This document shows positions 28,000-37,928 of a DNA stretch of 61,369 nucleotides, one piece after another (within the stretch, counting starts at the first letter, position 1; each line of letters begins with the position of its first letter). The notes beneath the pieces are model-generated. The model was not told the origin of the DNA. It saw only the letters and a list, made by a program, of their open reading frames with translations, and did not search any database. This stretch comes from Gammaproteobacteria bacterium (lineage in GTDB: Bacteria > Pseudomonadota > Gammaproteobacteria > Pseudomonadales > Azotimanducaceae), in assembly GCA_020832055.1 (NCBI GenBank), contig JAFIFL010000001.1, positions 1 through 61,369 on the forward strand, read 5' to 3'. The position numbers and the translations under genes are program-made.

Positions 28000-29985
28000 A
28001 TGAAGGGGTTCCCTTTGCTTGGTGTTTTGAGTCTTGCCATGGCGGTGGCAGCCGGCGAGGCCACGGTCGATGAATCGGCCGCAACTCATGGGCTCTCCGA
28101 GATCGTCGTCAGCGCGACCCGGCTGCCCGAAAGCGGCCATCAGGGCCCAGTTCCGGTGGGCGTGATCACCCGCGCCGAGATGGATCAGCGCATGACCCGC
28201 AATCTGGCGGATCTGCTTAAGGACATGCCCGGCGTGACCACGGCAGGCGGTCCGCGTCAGGCTGCCGCGAAACCCAATGTGCGCGGTCTTGGTGAGGGCA
28301 GGGTAGTGATGCGCATCGATGGTGCGCGGCAGAACTTCCAGACCCGTCATCGGGGCCAGTCTTTCGTCGATCCTCTGCTGCTCGAGCAGGTGGAGGTGTT
28401 GCGTGGGCCCGCCTCCACGTTGCACGGCAGCGGCGCCATTGGCGGCGTCGTCAACGTCCGCACCATGGATGCGGACAGCTTTCTCGGCGAGGACGAGCGC
28501 TTCGGCGGGCGCCTGACCTCAGCTTACGAAGACAACGAGCGCGGACGCTTCGGTGCGGTGACGGTGGCCGGCCGCAATGAGCAGGCAGGCGTGCTTGCCA
28601 GCGTCAGCCGGCAGAAGGCTGATGACTTCAAGGACGGCAGCGGCAACCGGGTCGACGTCACCGGGCATGACGGTCTGTCCTGGCTGCTCAAGGGCCATTG
28701 GGATGCCGCGGAGGCCACCCGGGTGACCCTGGCCTACATGGACCACGAGGACGACAGCCGCAGCTTCGCCACGGCCGATCGGCCAGTGGGCACGCTGATC
28801 GACCGGGTGACGAGCCAGCGTACGACCACCCTGCATCTCACCCACGATCCGCTGGATCGGGATTGGCTGGATGCCGACGTCACGTTCTATCACAGCGATC
28901 TGAAGCTCGACGAGCAGGCGGTGGAGGTGGTGAATCGGCAGGTGAACCGGCTCGAGACCTTCGGGCTGGATGCCTTCAACCGCAGCGAATTCGAACTGGC
29001 TTCCACCCGGCACCAGCTGGTCTACGGCGTGGAGTTCTATCGTGACGAGCAGGAGGGCTTCGAGAACGGTGTTCCGCGCCTGCAGTTTGCCAATTCGCGG
29101 CAGGATACCTTCGGCGCCTTTCTGCAGGACCGCATCGAACTCAGCGACCGTTTTGCCATGACCCTGGGGCTGCGCCACGACCGGACCCGGCAACGGGCAG
29201 AGCGGGAAGGCACCGAGAAGATCAGCTCCGACTCCACGTCGTTGCTGGCCCAGGGCAGCTACGCACTGCTGCCCGGGCTGCATGCCCACCTGGGATATTC
29301 GGAAGCGTTCCGGGCGCCGAATCTGCGTGAGCTCTACATCGGCGGGCAGCATTTCCCCGGCAACACGTACCTGCCGAATCCGGATCTGAAACCGGAAACG
29401 GCCCGCAACGTCGAACTGGGCCTGACCCACGTCCGCAGCGATCTGATTGCAGACGGGGATCGCCTTCGCAGCCGGATCGCGGTGTTCCGCAACGACGTCG
29501 ACGACTTCATCAATCAGGTGGTGGATGGCGTCAGTAATACCACGCGCTTCCTGAATGTCGCCGAAGCCCGCATCGAGGGCGTCGAATTCAGTATCGACTA
29601 TGCACATCCGCGCTGGCGGGCCCGTGTGTTCGGGTCCCGCCTGCGGGGCGACGACCGGCTCGCTGATCTGCCGCTGGAAAGCATTCCCGGCGACGAAGTT
29701 GGCTTGGTGGGCGCGAGGCGCTGGCTCGATGGCCAGCTGGAGACCGGTACCCGTGTGATTTACACCGCGGCCCAGAACCGGGTGCCCATCGGTCCCCACA
29801 ATGCGCCCCAGACCCCGTCTCACACCTTGGTGGATCTGTTTGCCAGCTGGCTGCCCACGGAAGCCTGGCGCTTCGACCTGCGGGTGGACAACCTCACCGA
29901 CAAAAGCTATCGGCGCCATCTGTCCCTGATCAACGACCCGGGCCGCAATGTCCGCCTGCAGGTCAGTTGGCGCGGCGGAGCCTGA
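28000..29985 (+). CDS. TonB-dependent outer-membrane receptor
   Basis: 661 aa. Signal peptide, then TonB-box-like EIVVSATR. Plug-domain blocks VRGLGEGRVVMRIDGARQ and VEVLRGPASTLHGSGAIGGVVNV. C-terminal beta-barrel ending in an aromatic-rich strand. Confidence 0.88.
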   Translation: MKGFPLLGVLSLAMAVAAGEATVDESAATHGLSEIVVSATRLPESGHQGPVPVGVITRAEMDQRMTRNLADLLKDMPGVTTAGGPRQAAAKPNVRGLGEGRVVMRIDGARQNFQTRHRGQSFVDPLLLEQVEVLRGPASTLHGSGAIGGVVNVRTMDADSFLGEDERFGGRLTSAYEDNERGRFGAVTVAGRNEQAGVLASVSRQKADDFKDGSGNRVDVTGHDGLSWLLKGHWDAAEATRVTLAYMDHEDDSRSFATADRPVGTLIDRVTSQRTTTLHLTHDPLDRDWLDADVTFYHSDLKLDEQAVEVVNRQVNRLETFGLDAFNRSEFELASTRHQLVYGVEFYRDEQEGFENGVPRLQFANSRQDTFGAFLQDRIELSDRFAMTLGLRHDRTRQRAEREGTEKISSDSTSLLAQGSYALLPGLHAHLGYSEAFRAPNLRELYIGGQHFPGNTYLPNPDLKPETARNVELGLTHVRSDLIADGDRLRSRIAVFRNDVDDFINQVVDGVSNTTRFLNVAEARIEGVEFSIDYAHPRWRARVFGSRLRGDDRLADLPLESIPGDEVGLVGARRWLDGQLETGTRVIYTAAQNRVPIGPHNAPQTPSHTLVDLFASWLPTEAWRFDLRVDNLTDKSYRRHLSLINDPGRNVRLQVSWRGGA

Positions 29986-29989
29986 GCAC

Positions 29990-30724
29990 TTGACGGAAGC
30001 TGCCCTGGAACTGATTGGTCTGCGCAAGCGTTTCGGTGACCACGAAGCGCTGACGGGCCTCGACCTGAAGGTGCCGGGAGGCACCTGCTACGCGCTGCTC
30101 GGCCCCAACGGGGCCGGCAAGACCACCACCTTGAACATCCTGCTCGGATTCATCGCCGCCGATGCGGGTACGGCCCGCGTCGACGGCGTGGACGTGCTGG
30201 CCGAGCCGGCCAGGGCGCGGACTCGGATCGCCTACATTCCCGAGCAGGTGCAGCTCTATCCGCGTCTCAGCGGATTCGAAAATCTGGAATATTTTCATGG
30301 ACTGGGGAGCAGGGAAGACACCGCGGCTCGGCGTCTGCGTGACTGCCTGCGTCAGGCGGGGTTGGACGAGGCGGCCTGGGATCGCCGCGTTGCCGGCTAT
30401 TCCAAGGGCATGCGCCAGAAGGTCGGCATAGCCATCGCCCTGGCGCGTCGGGCGCCGGTGATGCTGCTGGACGAACCCACCTCGGGCCTGGATCCCCAGG
30501 CGGCCTGGGAGCTCAACAACAGCCTGCGCAGCCTGGCGGAGCAGGGCGTGACCATGCTCATGGCCACCCATGATCTGTTCCGGGCCCGTGAGGTCGCCAG
30601 CCGCATCGGCATCCTGGTCAATGGCCGCCTGCAGCAGGAGATCGATCCCGCCGAGGTGGCTGGACCGGAGCTCGAAGCCCGTTATCTGCAGGAGGTCCAG
30701 CGGGTTCTGGGCGTTCAGGCGTGA
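29990..30724 (+). CDS. ABC transporter ATP-binding protein (ABC-2 type)
   Basis: Walker A GPNGAGKTT, signature YSKGMRQK, Walker B MLLDEPTSGLD. TTG at 29990 preferred (GGCGGAG upstream). The track ORF start at 29948 would overlap the receptor gene. Confidence 0.88.
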   Translation: MTEAALELIGLRKRFGDHEALTGLDLKVPGGTCYALLGPNGAGKTTTLNILLGFIAADAGTARVDGVDVLAEPARARTRIAYIPEQVQLYPRLSGFENLEYFHGLGSREDTAARRLRDCLRQAGLDEAAWDRRVAGYSKGMRQKVGIAIALARRAPVMLLDEPTSGLDPQAAWELNNSLRSLAEQGVTMLMATHDLFRAREVASRIGILVNGRLQQEIDPAEVAGPELEARYLQEVQRVLGVQA

Positions 30725-32118
30725 TCCGGCGCTTACTCGTCAAGGAACTCACCGAACTGCGTCGCGACGGCCGTGTGCTCGGAAGTCTGGCCATCCTCCT
30801 GCTGCTGGCGCTGGGGGCGGGCTTCAGTGCCTGGCAGCAGGCCCGGGTGCAGCATGCGGCCTGGCATGCGGCCAGTGACGGTGAGCATGAGCGCTGGCTG
30901 GGTCAGGAAGCGAAGCATCCTCACTCCGCGGCCCACTATGGTGTCTATGCCTTCAGGCCGCCGGGGCCCCTGGCGGCGTTCGACCCCGGGCTCGAGCCCT
31001 ACCTGCCGGTCACGGTCTGGATGGAGGCCCATCGTCAGAACGAGGCACTGTATCGACCGGCCGCGGACACCGGCGCCGCCGGCCGCTTCGCGGCCTTGAC
31101 GCCAGCCGCCATCTTCGGCGCGCTGCTGCCGTTGCTGGTACTGCTGCTGGCAGCACCCCTGATCAGCGGCGAGCGCGAGCGGGGAACGCTTCGGCAACTG
31201 CTGGCGCAGGGTGTTCCGCCGCAGCGGATCGTGGTCGGCAAGGGCCTGGCGCTGGCTGTGCTGCTGGTCGCGCTGCTGCTGCCGCCGTGGCTGCTGGTGT
31301 GCGCCGTACTGCTGATCGGCGGTGCTGACGGCGATGTCCTGCTGCGCTGGACGCTGCTCGCCGTCATGGGGGTTTTGTTCCTGGGTGGCGTGGCGTTGCT
31401 TTGCCTCTTGGTGTCCGCCTGTTGCAGGCAGACTCGAACCGCCCTCCTGCTGCTGCTGGGGATCTGGGCTACGGGTACCCTGCTGGCCCCCAGGGTGGTG
31501 ATGGAATGGGCGGAGATCCGCCATCCGACGCCTTCTGCGCTCGAGTTCAGGCAGGCCATCGATGCGGGACTGGCGGATGGCCGGTTGCGTGACGAGCGCA
31601 TCGAGGCGCGCGCCGAGTCCCTGTTGCGTCAACATGGCGTCGATGACTTGGCGGATTTGCCCGTGAACTTCGATGCGGTACGGCTGCAGGAAGGCGAGGA
31701 GCATGGCAATCGGGTCTTCGATGCCGTCTTCGGCCGGCTTCACGATGGCTATCTGGCCCAGGAGCGCTGGCTGCAGGGTGCCGGATGGGTCGCGCCATTC
31801 CTGGCGTTCACTGCGCTCTCCAGTGGCCTGGCAGGATCGGACCTGTTGCACTACCGCCACTTCGTGGACAGTGCCGAAGCCCATCGCCGCATGATTCAAC
31901 GGGCGATGAACGATGCCATTTACAGCCAGCCGGAAACGGATGGTGAGCGCTTCATGGCTGCCCCGGAACTCTGGGCGACGATCCCGCCCTTCGAGTACCA
32001 GCCGCTGGCCATCGGTGACGTGATGCGATTCTACGGTGTGGGATGGGCTGCATTGCTGGCCTGGTTCGTCATCCCGCTGCTGGCGTTGCTGAGGGTTTCC
32101 AGGCGGCTGGCGCCATGA
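30721..32118 (+). CDS. ABC-2 type permease, DUF3526 family
   Basis: 465 aa. The GTG overlaps the ATPase stop (GTGA). Has an N-terminal TM span, a large loop with HPHSAAHYG, and clustered TM spans. Confidence 0.7.
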   Translation: MIRRLLVKELTELRRDGRVLGSLAILLLLALGAGFSAWQQARVQHAAWHAASDGEHERWLGQEAKHPHSAAHYGVYAFRPPGPLAAFDPGLEPYLPVTVWMEAHRQNEALYRPAADTGAAGRFAALTPAAIFGALLPLLVLLLAAPLISGERERGTLRQLLAQGVPPQRIVVGKGLALAVLLVALLLPPWLLVCAVLLIGGADGDVLLRWTLLAVMGVLFLGGVALLCLLVSACCRQTRTALLLLLGIWATGTLLAPRVVMEWAEIRHPTPSALEFRQAIDAGLADGRLRDERIEARAESLLRQHGVDDLADLPVNFDAVRLQEGEEHGNRVFDAVFGRLHDGYLAQERWLQGAGWVAPFLAFTALSSGLAGSDLLHYRHFVDSAEAHRRMIQRAMNDAIYSQPETDGERFMAAPELWATIPPFEYQPLAIGDVMRFYGVGWAALLAWFVIPLLALLRVSRRLAP

Positions 32119-33575
32119 AGGCCCCGCGCTTCAGCCGGGCCGTGTTCCTCGGTGAGTGGCGTCTGCTGTGGCGTGACCCGGCGGCCTGGGTGGTGCTGGG
32201 GGTCCTGACTGCGGCGCTGCTTGGCGCGCTGTGGCAGGGCCTCGCCCGTGAGCAGGCGGTGGCGTCATCGCTTGCCGAGTTGGCCCAGGCCGATGCCGAC
32301 CGAATGGAGGCCGCAGCGGATCTGGCCCAATGGCTCGCGGACACCGAGGGCGGTATCTCTCGGTTTCGTGATCCGCGCAGCGCGGACGTGGTGGGGCGGC
32401 GGCTGGGTGTTCAGCATCTGGCGCTGCCGCCCACGGCTCTGAGTGCCCTCGCCGTGGGGCAGAGTGACCTTTATCCGGCCTGGCACCCGGTATCGCTGGA
32501 ATCCCGGGATCGTCTGCAGGCGGAGGGCGAACTCACGCATCCTCGGCAGCTGGCTGTCGGTCGTTTCGACCTGAGTTTCGTGGTGGTGTTCGTCGCACCG
32601 TTGTTGCTGCTGGGCCTGCTGGCCAGCGTCCCTGCGCGCGAGCGCGAGACGGGCATGCTGCCCTGGGTGGTGGTGCAGGGCGGCGGTCTTGGATCCTGGC
32701 TGCTGGGTCGGGTCCTGCTGCGCTGGCTGCTGGTTCTACTTCCCACTCTGCTTTGCGGCGTGCTCGCAGTCCTGCTGCAGGCGATGGCCCTCGCGGCAGC
32801 GGGTGATGGCCAGACGGTGGTCCGCGGCCTGCTCTGGGCCGCGCAGGTCACCGGCTATCTCGCGTTCTGGGCGGCCTTGGCGCTGTGGGTGGGGACGCTG
32901 CCGCTCGACGGCGCGCGCTCAGCACTGGCTCTGGCCTTCGCCTGGCTGCTGTTCGTGGTGCTGATCCCTGCCGTGACCCAGGTTGTCCTCGATCTTGCCC
33001 ACCCGCAGCCCTCCCGCATGGCCTACGTGGACGCCATGCGCGATGCCACTGATCTGGCCCGTGCGGAAGGCAGCGAGGCCCTCGTCCGCTACCTGGAGGA
33101 TCATCCGGAACTTGCCGGCGACGCCGTCGATGCGGACGACTTCTTTGCCCAGCGGCTGCTGGTACAGGAGCGGGTGGAAGCGGAACTCGCTCCACTGTCC
33201 GCCGCTTTCGAAGCGCAGCGGGCCGCGCGTGCCAGGCAGGCGGCGTGGCTGCGATTGACCTCTCCGGCCCTGCTGACCATGGATGGGCTGGCGGATGCCG
33301 CGGGCACGGGTGAGCCGCGTCATCGCCACTTCATGGCGCAGGTCCATGGCTTCCACAGCGAGTGGCGCGCGTTTTTCGCACCCAGGGTGCTGTCAGGAGA
33401 GCGCTTCCTCGACCATGATCGTGTGCCGGGATTCGGGTACGAGCAGGAGCCCTTGCGCCTGCTGATGCCGCGAAGCAGCTGGCTTTTGACCGCCACGGCG
33501 GGCTTTACGGTGCTGTTCGGATGGTTGGCGTTGCGTCGCTGGCGCAGTCTGCCTAAGGTCCTCGGTCATGTCTGA
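32115..33575 (+). CDS. ABC-2 type permease, DUF3526 family (second paralogue)
   Basis: Track ORF 32043..33575 trimmed to the ATG at 32115, which overlaps the previous stop (ATGA). Same TM/loop layout as the preceding gene. Confidence 0.7.
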   Translation: MKAPRFSRAVFLGEWRLLWRDPAAWVVLGVLTAALLGALWQGLAREQAVASSLAELAQADADRMEAAADLAQWLADTEGGISRFRDPRSADVVGRRLGVQHLALPPTALSALAVGQSDLYPAWHPVSLESRDRLQAEGELTHPRQLAVGRFDLSFVVVFVAPLLLLGLLASVPARERETGMLPWVVVQGGGLGSWLLGRVLLRWLLVLLPTLLCGVLAVLLQAMALAAAGDGQTVVRGLLWAAQVTGYLAFWAALALWVGTLPLDGARSALALAFAWLLFVVLIPAVTQVVLDLAHPQPSRMAYVDAMRDATDLARAEGSEALVRYLEDHPELAGDAVDADDFFAQRLLVQERVEAELAPLSAAFEAQRAARARQAAWLRLTSPALLTMDGLADAAGTGEPRHRHFMAQVHGFHSEWRAFFAPRVLSGERFLDHDRVPGFGYEQEPLRLLMPRSSWLLTATAGFTVLFGWLALRRWRSLPKVLGHV

Positions 33576-33605
33576 CCCGTTCACTTACAGCAGCGGAGGT
33601 ATTGG

Positions 33606-35783
33606 ATGACTGCTGATGATCAGGACGACCCATCGACCGACAGTGAAACCAACGGCGCCACGGGCCCTGGTGCCACCGGCCCTATGCAAGGTCTCTTGAG
33701 CCATTTCTGTGAGGCCCTCGAGCAGGGGCTGTCGCCGCTGCTGGCGCCCATCGGGGGCCTGATCGAAGACTTCGATCGGCCGCCGACCGAGGTGCCGCTG
33801 GTACTGCCTTCATTGCGGGAGGCGGCCGATCAGCTCTCGCTGCTGGTGGACAAGATGGCGGAGCAGCAGGCCTACGTACTGATCTTCGGGCCGCTGAAAA
33901 GCGGCAAGAGCACGCTGATGAACGCCATTTGCGGCAAATATGTCAGCGAGGTGAGTTGCCTGCCGGCCTATCCCTGCCTGGTCCATGTGGCCCACGCGGA
34001 GAAAACCCGCTGTCAGGTGACCCGCTACAGCGGTGCCACGCAGCTGCTCGATGACGAAGCCGCCCTGACCAAGGCGGTGGCGGCCGATCACCAGCTGCTC
34101 ATCGAGGCCATTCGCAGCTGCGAGGCGGCAGGGCTGGACTTCGAACCCCAGCAACACGCCACCAATGCCATCCGCCGCATCGACATCCGTGTGCCAGCGG
34201 GTGACCTCGCCGAGTCGGGCGCGGTGCTGGTGGACACCCCCGGGCTCTATGCGCGGATGAAGTTCGGCTACGACCGCATGACCCGCGACTTCCGCAACGC
34301 TGCGGCCTGCGCCATTTTCGTGGTCAAGACCGACAACCTGTTCCTCGATCAGGTGTTCGCCGAGTTCGAGGATCTACTGGAACTGTTCGGGCGCATCTTC
34401 CTGGTGGTCAACCTCGATTCCACCAAGCAGGATCTGCAGCCCGACGGCAGTCTGGCGCCATCGCTGGAGCACGCCGACCCCCAGGCGGTGGTGCGGGCGT
34501 TCGAGAACCTGGCCATGACGGCGGCGCTGCGGGATGCACGCCAGGACGGGCGGCTGCAGATCTATCCGGTGGACCTGATGCACGCGGCCAGCAGCCGGAT
34601 CAGCACCGGCCACGACAGCCGTGAGTCGTCGCCATCGAGTGCCCAGGGGTTTGATGCCCTGCTCGAGGATCTCACGGCCTACCTCAACAGCAATGAATAT
34701 CTGCGTGCTTTCGTCGCCGACAGCATGCAGCGCGCTGCGGCGCTGCTCGAAGACCTCGATGCCTTGCTGGCGCATGACGACGTCACCGCCCTGCAGGGGC
34801 GTGCGCTGTCGCTGACCGCGAGACGCCAGGACCTCGACTCCGCGCTCGCCGCCCTCGGTCAGGTCGAGGCGGTGGATTGGCAGGCGCTGTTTGCGCGCCA
34901 GAGTGCCCATCTGCGCGAGCGCCTGGAAGCTGCACTCGGGCCCTGTCGCGAAGCGGGACTGGCCACCCTGGAGGGGGCGCTGGCGGACTGGTTCGAGAAC
35001 GACGCCAGCCTGGGTGAGCTGTGTCGGGAGCAGCTCGGCCCGGAGCTCGCGCGCCAGCACGACGAGCTCAGGAAGCTGCTGCGGGATGAATCGGAAAGCC
35101 AGCTCGGCCCGGCGGCGGTGCTCGCCGACCTCGAGGCCGACAGCGTCAGTGACCTCGAGGCTGCAGGCCTCGATCTGGCAGGTGAAGTGCGCGCTGTCAT
35201 GGATGCAGCCCCCATTGCCGACGAACTGCCCGCGCCTGCCGCCGTGTTCGACTGTCTGCAGCTGCCGGTCCGGCGCCGTCTGCTGGACTGGCTGCTGTTC
35301 CGGCGCCCGGCGACCGTTCGCCAGCACCTGTTCGGTCCGGCGGATGCGCCGGAACTGCCGATCCCGGTGGCTGACAAGGGCCGGCGCCTCGGCGAGCGAG
35401 GCCGTGCGGCCATGACCGGCCAGCTGCAGGCCCTCGTGAAGCCCATGTTCGACGCGGCCGGCGAGGGGGTGCCGGACGCGTGGCTGACGCGCCACCAGGC
35501 CGAGCTGCTCGGCCGCATCGAAGCTGCGACGTCGGCTCGACGGCAGGCCATCGAGCGTGAGTCCTCGGAAGTGGTGGCGGAACTCGCCCAGGTGGAGGCC
35601 GTCGTGGCCCGGTTGATCGAGGTCAACCGTCTCGTCGCGGAGCGTCGCGAGCGGGTATCCGCCCTGCGCGAGGAAGTGGCCGCCGTGGACCCGGCCGATC
35701 TCGGCCGGCCGGCAGACCTGCTGGTTGGGCAGGACGAGGACGAGAACGAAGCGTCGCGGGAGGCGGAGCAGCCCTTGTTGTGA
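33606..35783 (+). CDS. Dynamin-family large GTPase (bacterial dynamin-like protein)
   Basis: 725 aa with RBS GGAGG. G1 is GPLKSGKST, G3 is LVDTPGL and G4 is STKQD. A roughly 400-aa Ala/Leu/Glu-rich helical stalk follows. Both tails are acidic. Confidence 0.7.
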   Translation: MTADDQDDPSTDSETNGATGPGATGPMQGLLSHFCEALEQGLSPLLAPIGGLIEDFDRPPTEVPLVLPSLREAADQLSLLVDKMAEQQAYVLIFGPLKSGKSTLMNAICGKYVSEVSCLPAYPCLVHVAHAEKTRCQVTRYSGATQLLDDEAALTKAVAADHQLLIEAIRSCEAAGLDFEPQQHATNAIRRIDIRVPAGDLAESGAVLVDTPGLYARMKFGYDRMTRDFRNAAACAIFVVKTDNLFLDQVFAEFEDLLELFGRIFLVVNLDSTKQDLQPDGSLAPSLEHADPQAVVRAFENLAMTAALRDARQDGRLQIYPVDLMHAASSRISTGHDSRESSPSSAQGFDALLEDLTAYLNSNEYLRAFVADSMQRAAALLEDLDALLAHDDVTALQGRALSLTARRQDLDSALAALGQVEAVDWQALFARQSAHLRERLEAALGPCREAGLATLEGALADWFENDASLGELCREQLGPELARQHDELRKLLRDESESQLGPAAVLADLEADSVSDLEAAGLDLAGEVRAVMDAAPIADELPAPAAVFDCLQLPVRRRLLDWLLFRRPATVRQHLFGPADAPELPIPVADKGRRLGERGRAAMTGQLQALVKPMFDAAGEGVPDAWLTRHQAELLGRIEAATSARRQAIERESSEVVAELAQVEAVVARLIEVNRLVAERRERVSALREEVAAVDPADLGRPADLLVGQDEDENEASREAEQPLL

Positions 35784-35839
35784 CTGGCAGGGTGCAATCG
35801 TAGACTCGGGCCTTCAGCAGCGGTCGCAGGAGGGCGGGC

Positions 35840-36397
35840 GTGTACGATCTCGACACCGAACGCCTGCGGCTCACGCCGTTCAAGATGGATCACCTGGACG
35901 CGCTGCACGCCCTTTGGACCGATCCGGACGTGCGGCGCTACCTGTGGGATGGTGAGGTCATCTCACGGGGACGCGCCGCCGAGGTGATCGCCGACAGCGA
36001 ACGCAATTTCGCTCAGCTGAGCTACGGCTTCTGGGCCATGCTGCTGCGGGGTGACCCCGAGGCTGATGCTGACGAGGTCGTGGGCTTTTGCGGCTATCGC
36101 CGCTTCGAGGACAGCGGCGAGCCTGAATTGCTGTATGGGATTCTGCCGCGGTTCTGGGGCAAGGGCCTGGTGACCGAGGCCGGTCACGCGGTGATCCGCG
36201 ATGGGTTCGATCGCTGCGGTTTCCGCCGCATCATCGCGGCCACCGATACCCCTAACCAGTCTTCCGTACGCGTCATGCAGCGCCTGGGCATGGTGTTTCT
36301 GCGGCGCGGTGAGTTCCATGGCTTGGATACGGTGTTCTTCGAGCTCACGCCCGAGGACTATGGCGCCCACCTGGAACTCTCTATTTTGCGAAGCTGA
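35840..36397 (+). CDS. GNAT family N-acetyltransferase (RimJ/RimL-like)
   Basis: 185 aa. GTG start after AGGAGG. Shows TERLRLTPF and the acetyl-CoA-binding-type RFWGKGLVTEA. Confidence 0.8.
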   Translation: MYDLDTERLRLTPFKMDHLDALHALWTDPDVRRYLWDGEVISRGRAAEVIADSERNFAQLSYGFWAMLLRGDPEADADEVVGFCGYRRFEDSGEPELLYGILPRFWGKGLVTEAGHAVIRDGFDRCGFRRIIAATDTPNQSSVRVMQRLGMVFLRRGEFHGLDTVFFELTPEDYGAHLELSILRS

Positions 36398-36509
36398 CGG
36401 GTCGAGCTGATGGTGGAGCAGGCTCGTCGCCTACCGGTCACCGGGTGGATGATCTCGAGGCCGTTGATGCCTCGCTGGATTCCGCTGTCACCGATTGCGA
36501 GGTGCTTTC

Positions 36510-36794
36510 ATGACTGCCGGCATTCTGCTGCTCAACGTGCAGTTCGATCTCGATGGCTGCAGTTCCCTCAAGGAGCGGCGTCAGCGTCTGGGTGGCCTGC
36601 GCCAGCGCTTGGGCCGGGAGACCTCGGTGGCATTATGCGAGCACCCCGGGGATGATCCGGGGGCGTCAGCCTGGAGTATCGTCATCATCGCCAGCAGTCA
36701 GCGGTCGGCAACGGAATTGGCCGGGCGCATCGAGCGTGACCTCGAATCCAGGGTCGATGCGGTGGTGTCCGGCATCTCGCGGGAGTGGTTGTAG
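36510..36794 (+). CDS. DUF503 (YlxP-like) family protein
   Basis: 94 aa. Resembles YlxP: a beta-strand start (ILLLNVQFDL), then SLKERRQ, then ...IVIIASS. Confidence 0.65.
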   Translation: MTAGILLLNVQFDLDGCSSLKERRQRLGGLRQRLGRETSVALCEHPGDDPGASAWSIVIIASSQRSATELAGRIERDLESRVDAVVSGISREWL

Positions 36795-36802
36795 CGGTAG
36801 TC

Positions 36803-37855
36803 ATGATCAAAACGGCACCGGCTCGGGCGCTCTGGATACTGGCGTTGCTGGTAGCCGGCGGCTGCGCGCCAGCCGACCCGGCCGGCGCGATGCTGGCGGA
36901 GTACGAGCAGCGGGTGGCGCGAGTGCTCGATGCCCGACCCTCTGCGCGCCCATTGCCGGAACTGTCCCCCTGGCCCCGTACCCGGGACCGCACGCTGCCG
37001 GTGCCACCCCAACGCACCGGTCTCGGCGGCTTCCTCAGTCTGCATCGCTGCGATCTCGGCAGTCTGATCGGGGAGCGCAGCTCGCAGCTCGGGCGGGTCA
37101 TGAGCGCGCCGTCGCGACTGAACTATGAGCATCGATTCCTGGTGGCGGCACAGGACTGCCTCGACCGTCTCGCCGGTGACCCGGACCGGGCGGCTCTGCG
37201 CGAGCAGCTCGAGGAGATCGTCGAGGAAAAGCGGCGCGGCCTGCCGGCCTGGACCTGGAATGCGACGCTGGGTGGCGACGCGCTGGCCGCAGCCTACAGT
37301 CTGGACGTCACGCCGCTGACGCCCGATGAAGCCGAGGAGGCCGGCCGGCCCGAGGTGGCCGCGCTCTATGTGCTGGCGGCCCGGCTGCCGAGACTCGGGC
37401 GGCCGGGACTGGACCTTTCCGACTGGAACAGGCCCTTCGAGACGCTGGCTCGAAGCGCCCTGCCGGGTCGCCTGCGGCGCAGCGCCCAGCTGCTGACCCA
37501 CCACCTCAACGGCGTCGCCGATCTGCTCGAGGCGCGGGAAACTCGTCGCCCGCTTTGTCCCCAGGGTATCGTCACCCGTGATGCAGACATCCTCTGGAAC
37601 ATCTTCAGGGGGTATCATGTCGAAGAGGTCCAGCCCTATCTGGTGGCCGTGGATCGGGCGCGGCGTGAATGGCAGGCCGCGCTCGAGTCCCTGCGGGAGG
37701 CCCAGCAGGGTCAGCCCCCTGCGCCATTCGCGCAGTCGGTGTTCGATCCGGCCGGCGGGGTGTGGCCGGATCTCGATCAGGCACGGGAGCGTCACGTCGA
37801 GGCCTGGCGGGTGGTGCTCGTGCGGTGCGACCTGCTGCCAAACGGAGCCACCTGA
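36803..37855 (+). CDS. DUF3080 family lipoprotein
   Basis: Track ORF 36785..37855 trimmed to the ATG at 36803. Lipobox LLVAGGC. Shows FLSLHRCDLGSLIGERSSQLGRVM..SRLNYEHRFL, as in gammaproteobacterial DUF3080. Confidence 0.6.
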   Translation: MIKTAPARALWILALLVAGGCAPADPAGAMLAEYEQRVARVLDARPSARPLPELSPWPRTRDRTLPVPPQRTGLGGFLSLHRCDLGSLIGERSSQLGRVMSAPSRLNYEHRFLVAAQDCLDRLAGDPDRAALREQLEEIVEEKRRGLPAWTWNATLGGDALAAAYSLDVTPLTPDEAEEAGRPEVAALYVLAARLPRLGRPGLDLSDWNRPFETLARSALPGRLRRSAQLLTHHLNGVADLLEARETRRPLCPQGIVTRDADILWNIFRGYHVEEVQPYLVAVDRARREWQAALESLREAQQGQPPAPFAQSVFDPAGGVWPDLDQARERHVEAWRVVLVRCDLLPNGAT

Positions 37856-37928
37856 AGGCTGACGGACAGGGTGGCGGCAGTTGGGCCGGTGGACATTGAA
37901 GTCATGAGCCAGTAGCTGGGAAAACGTC

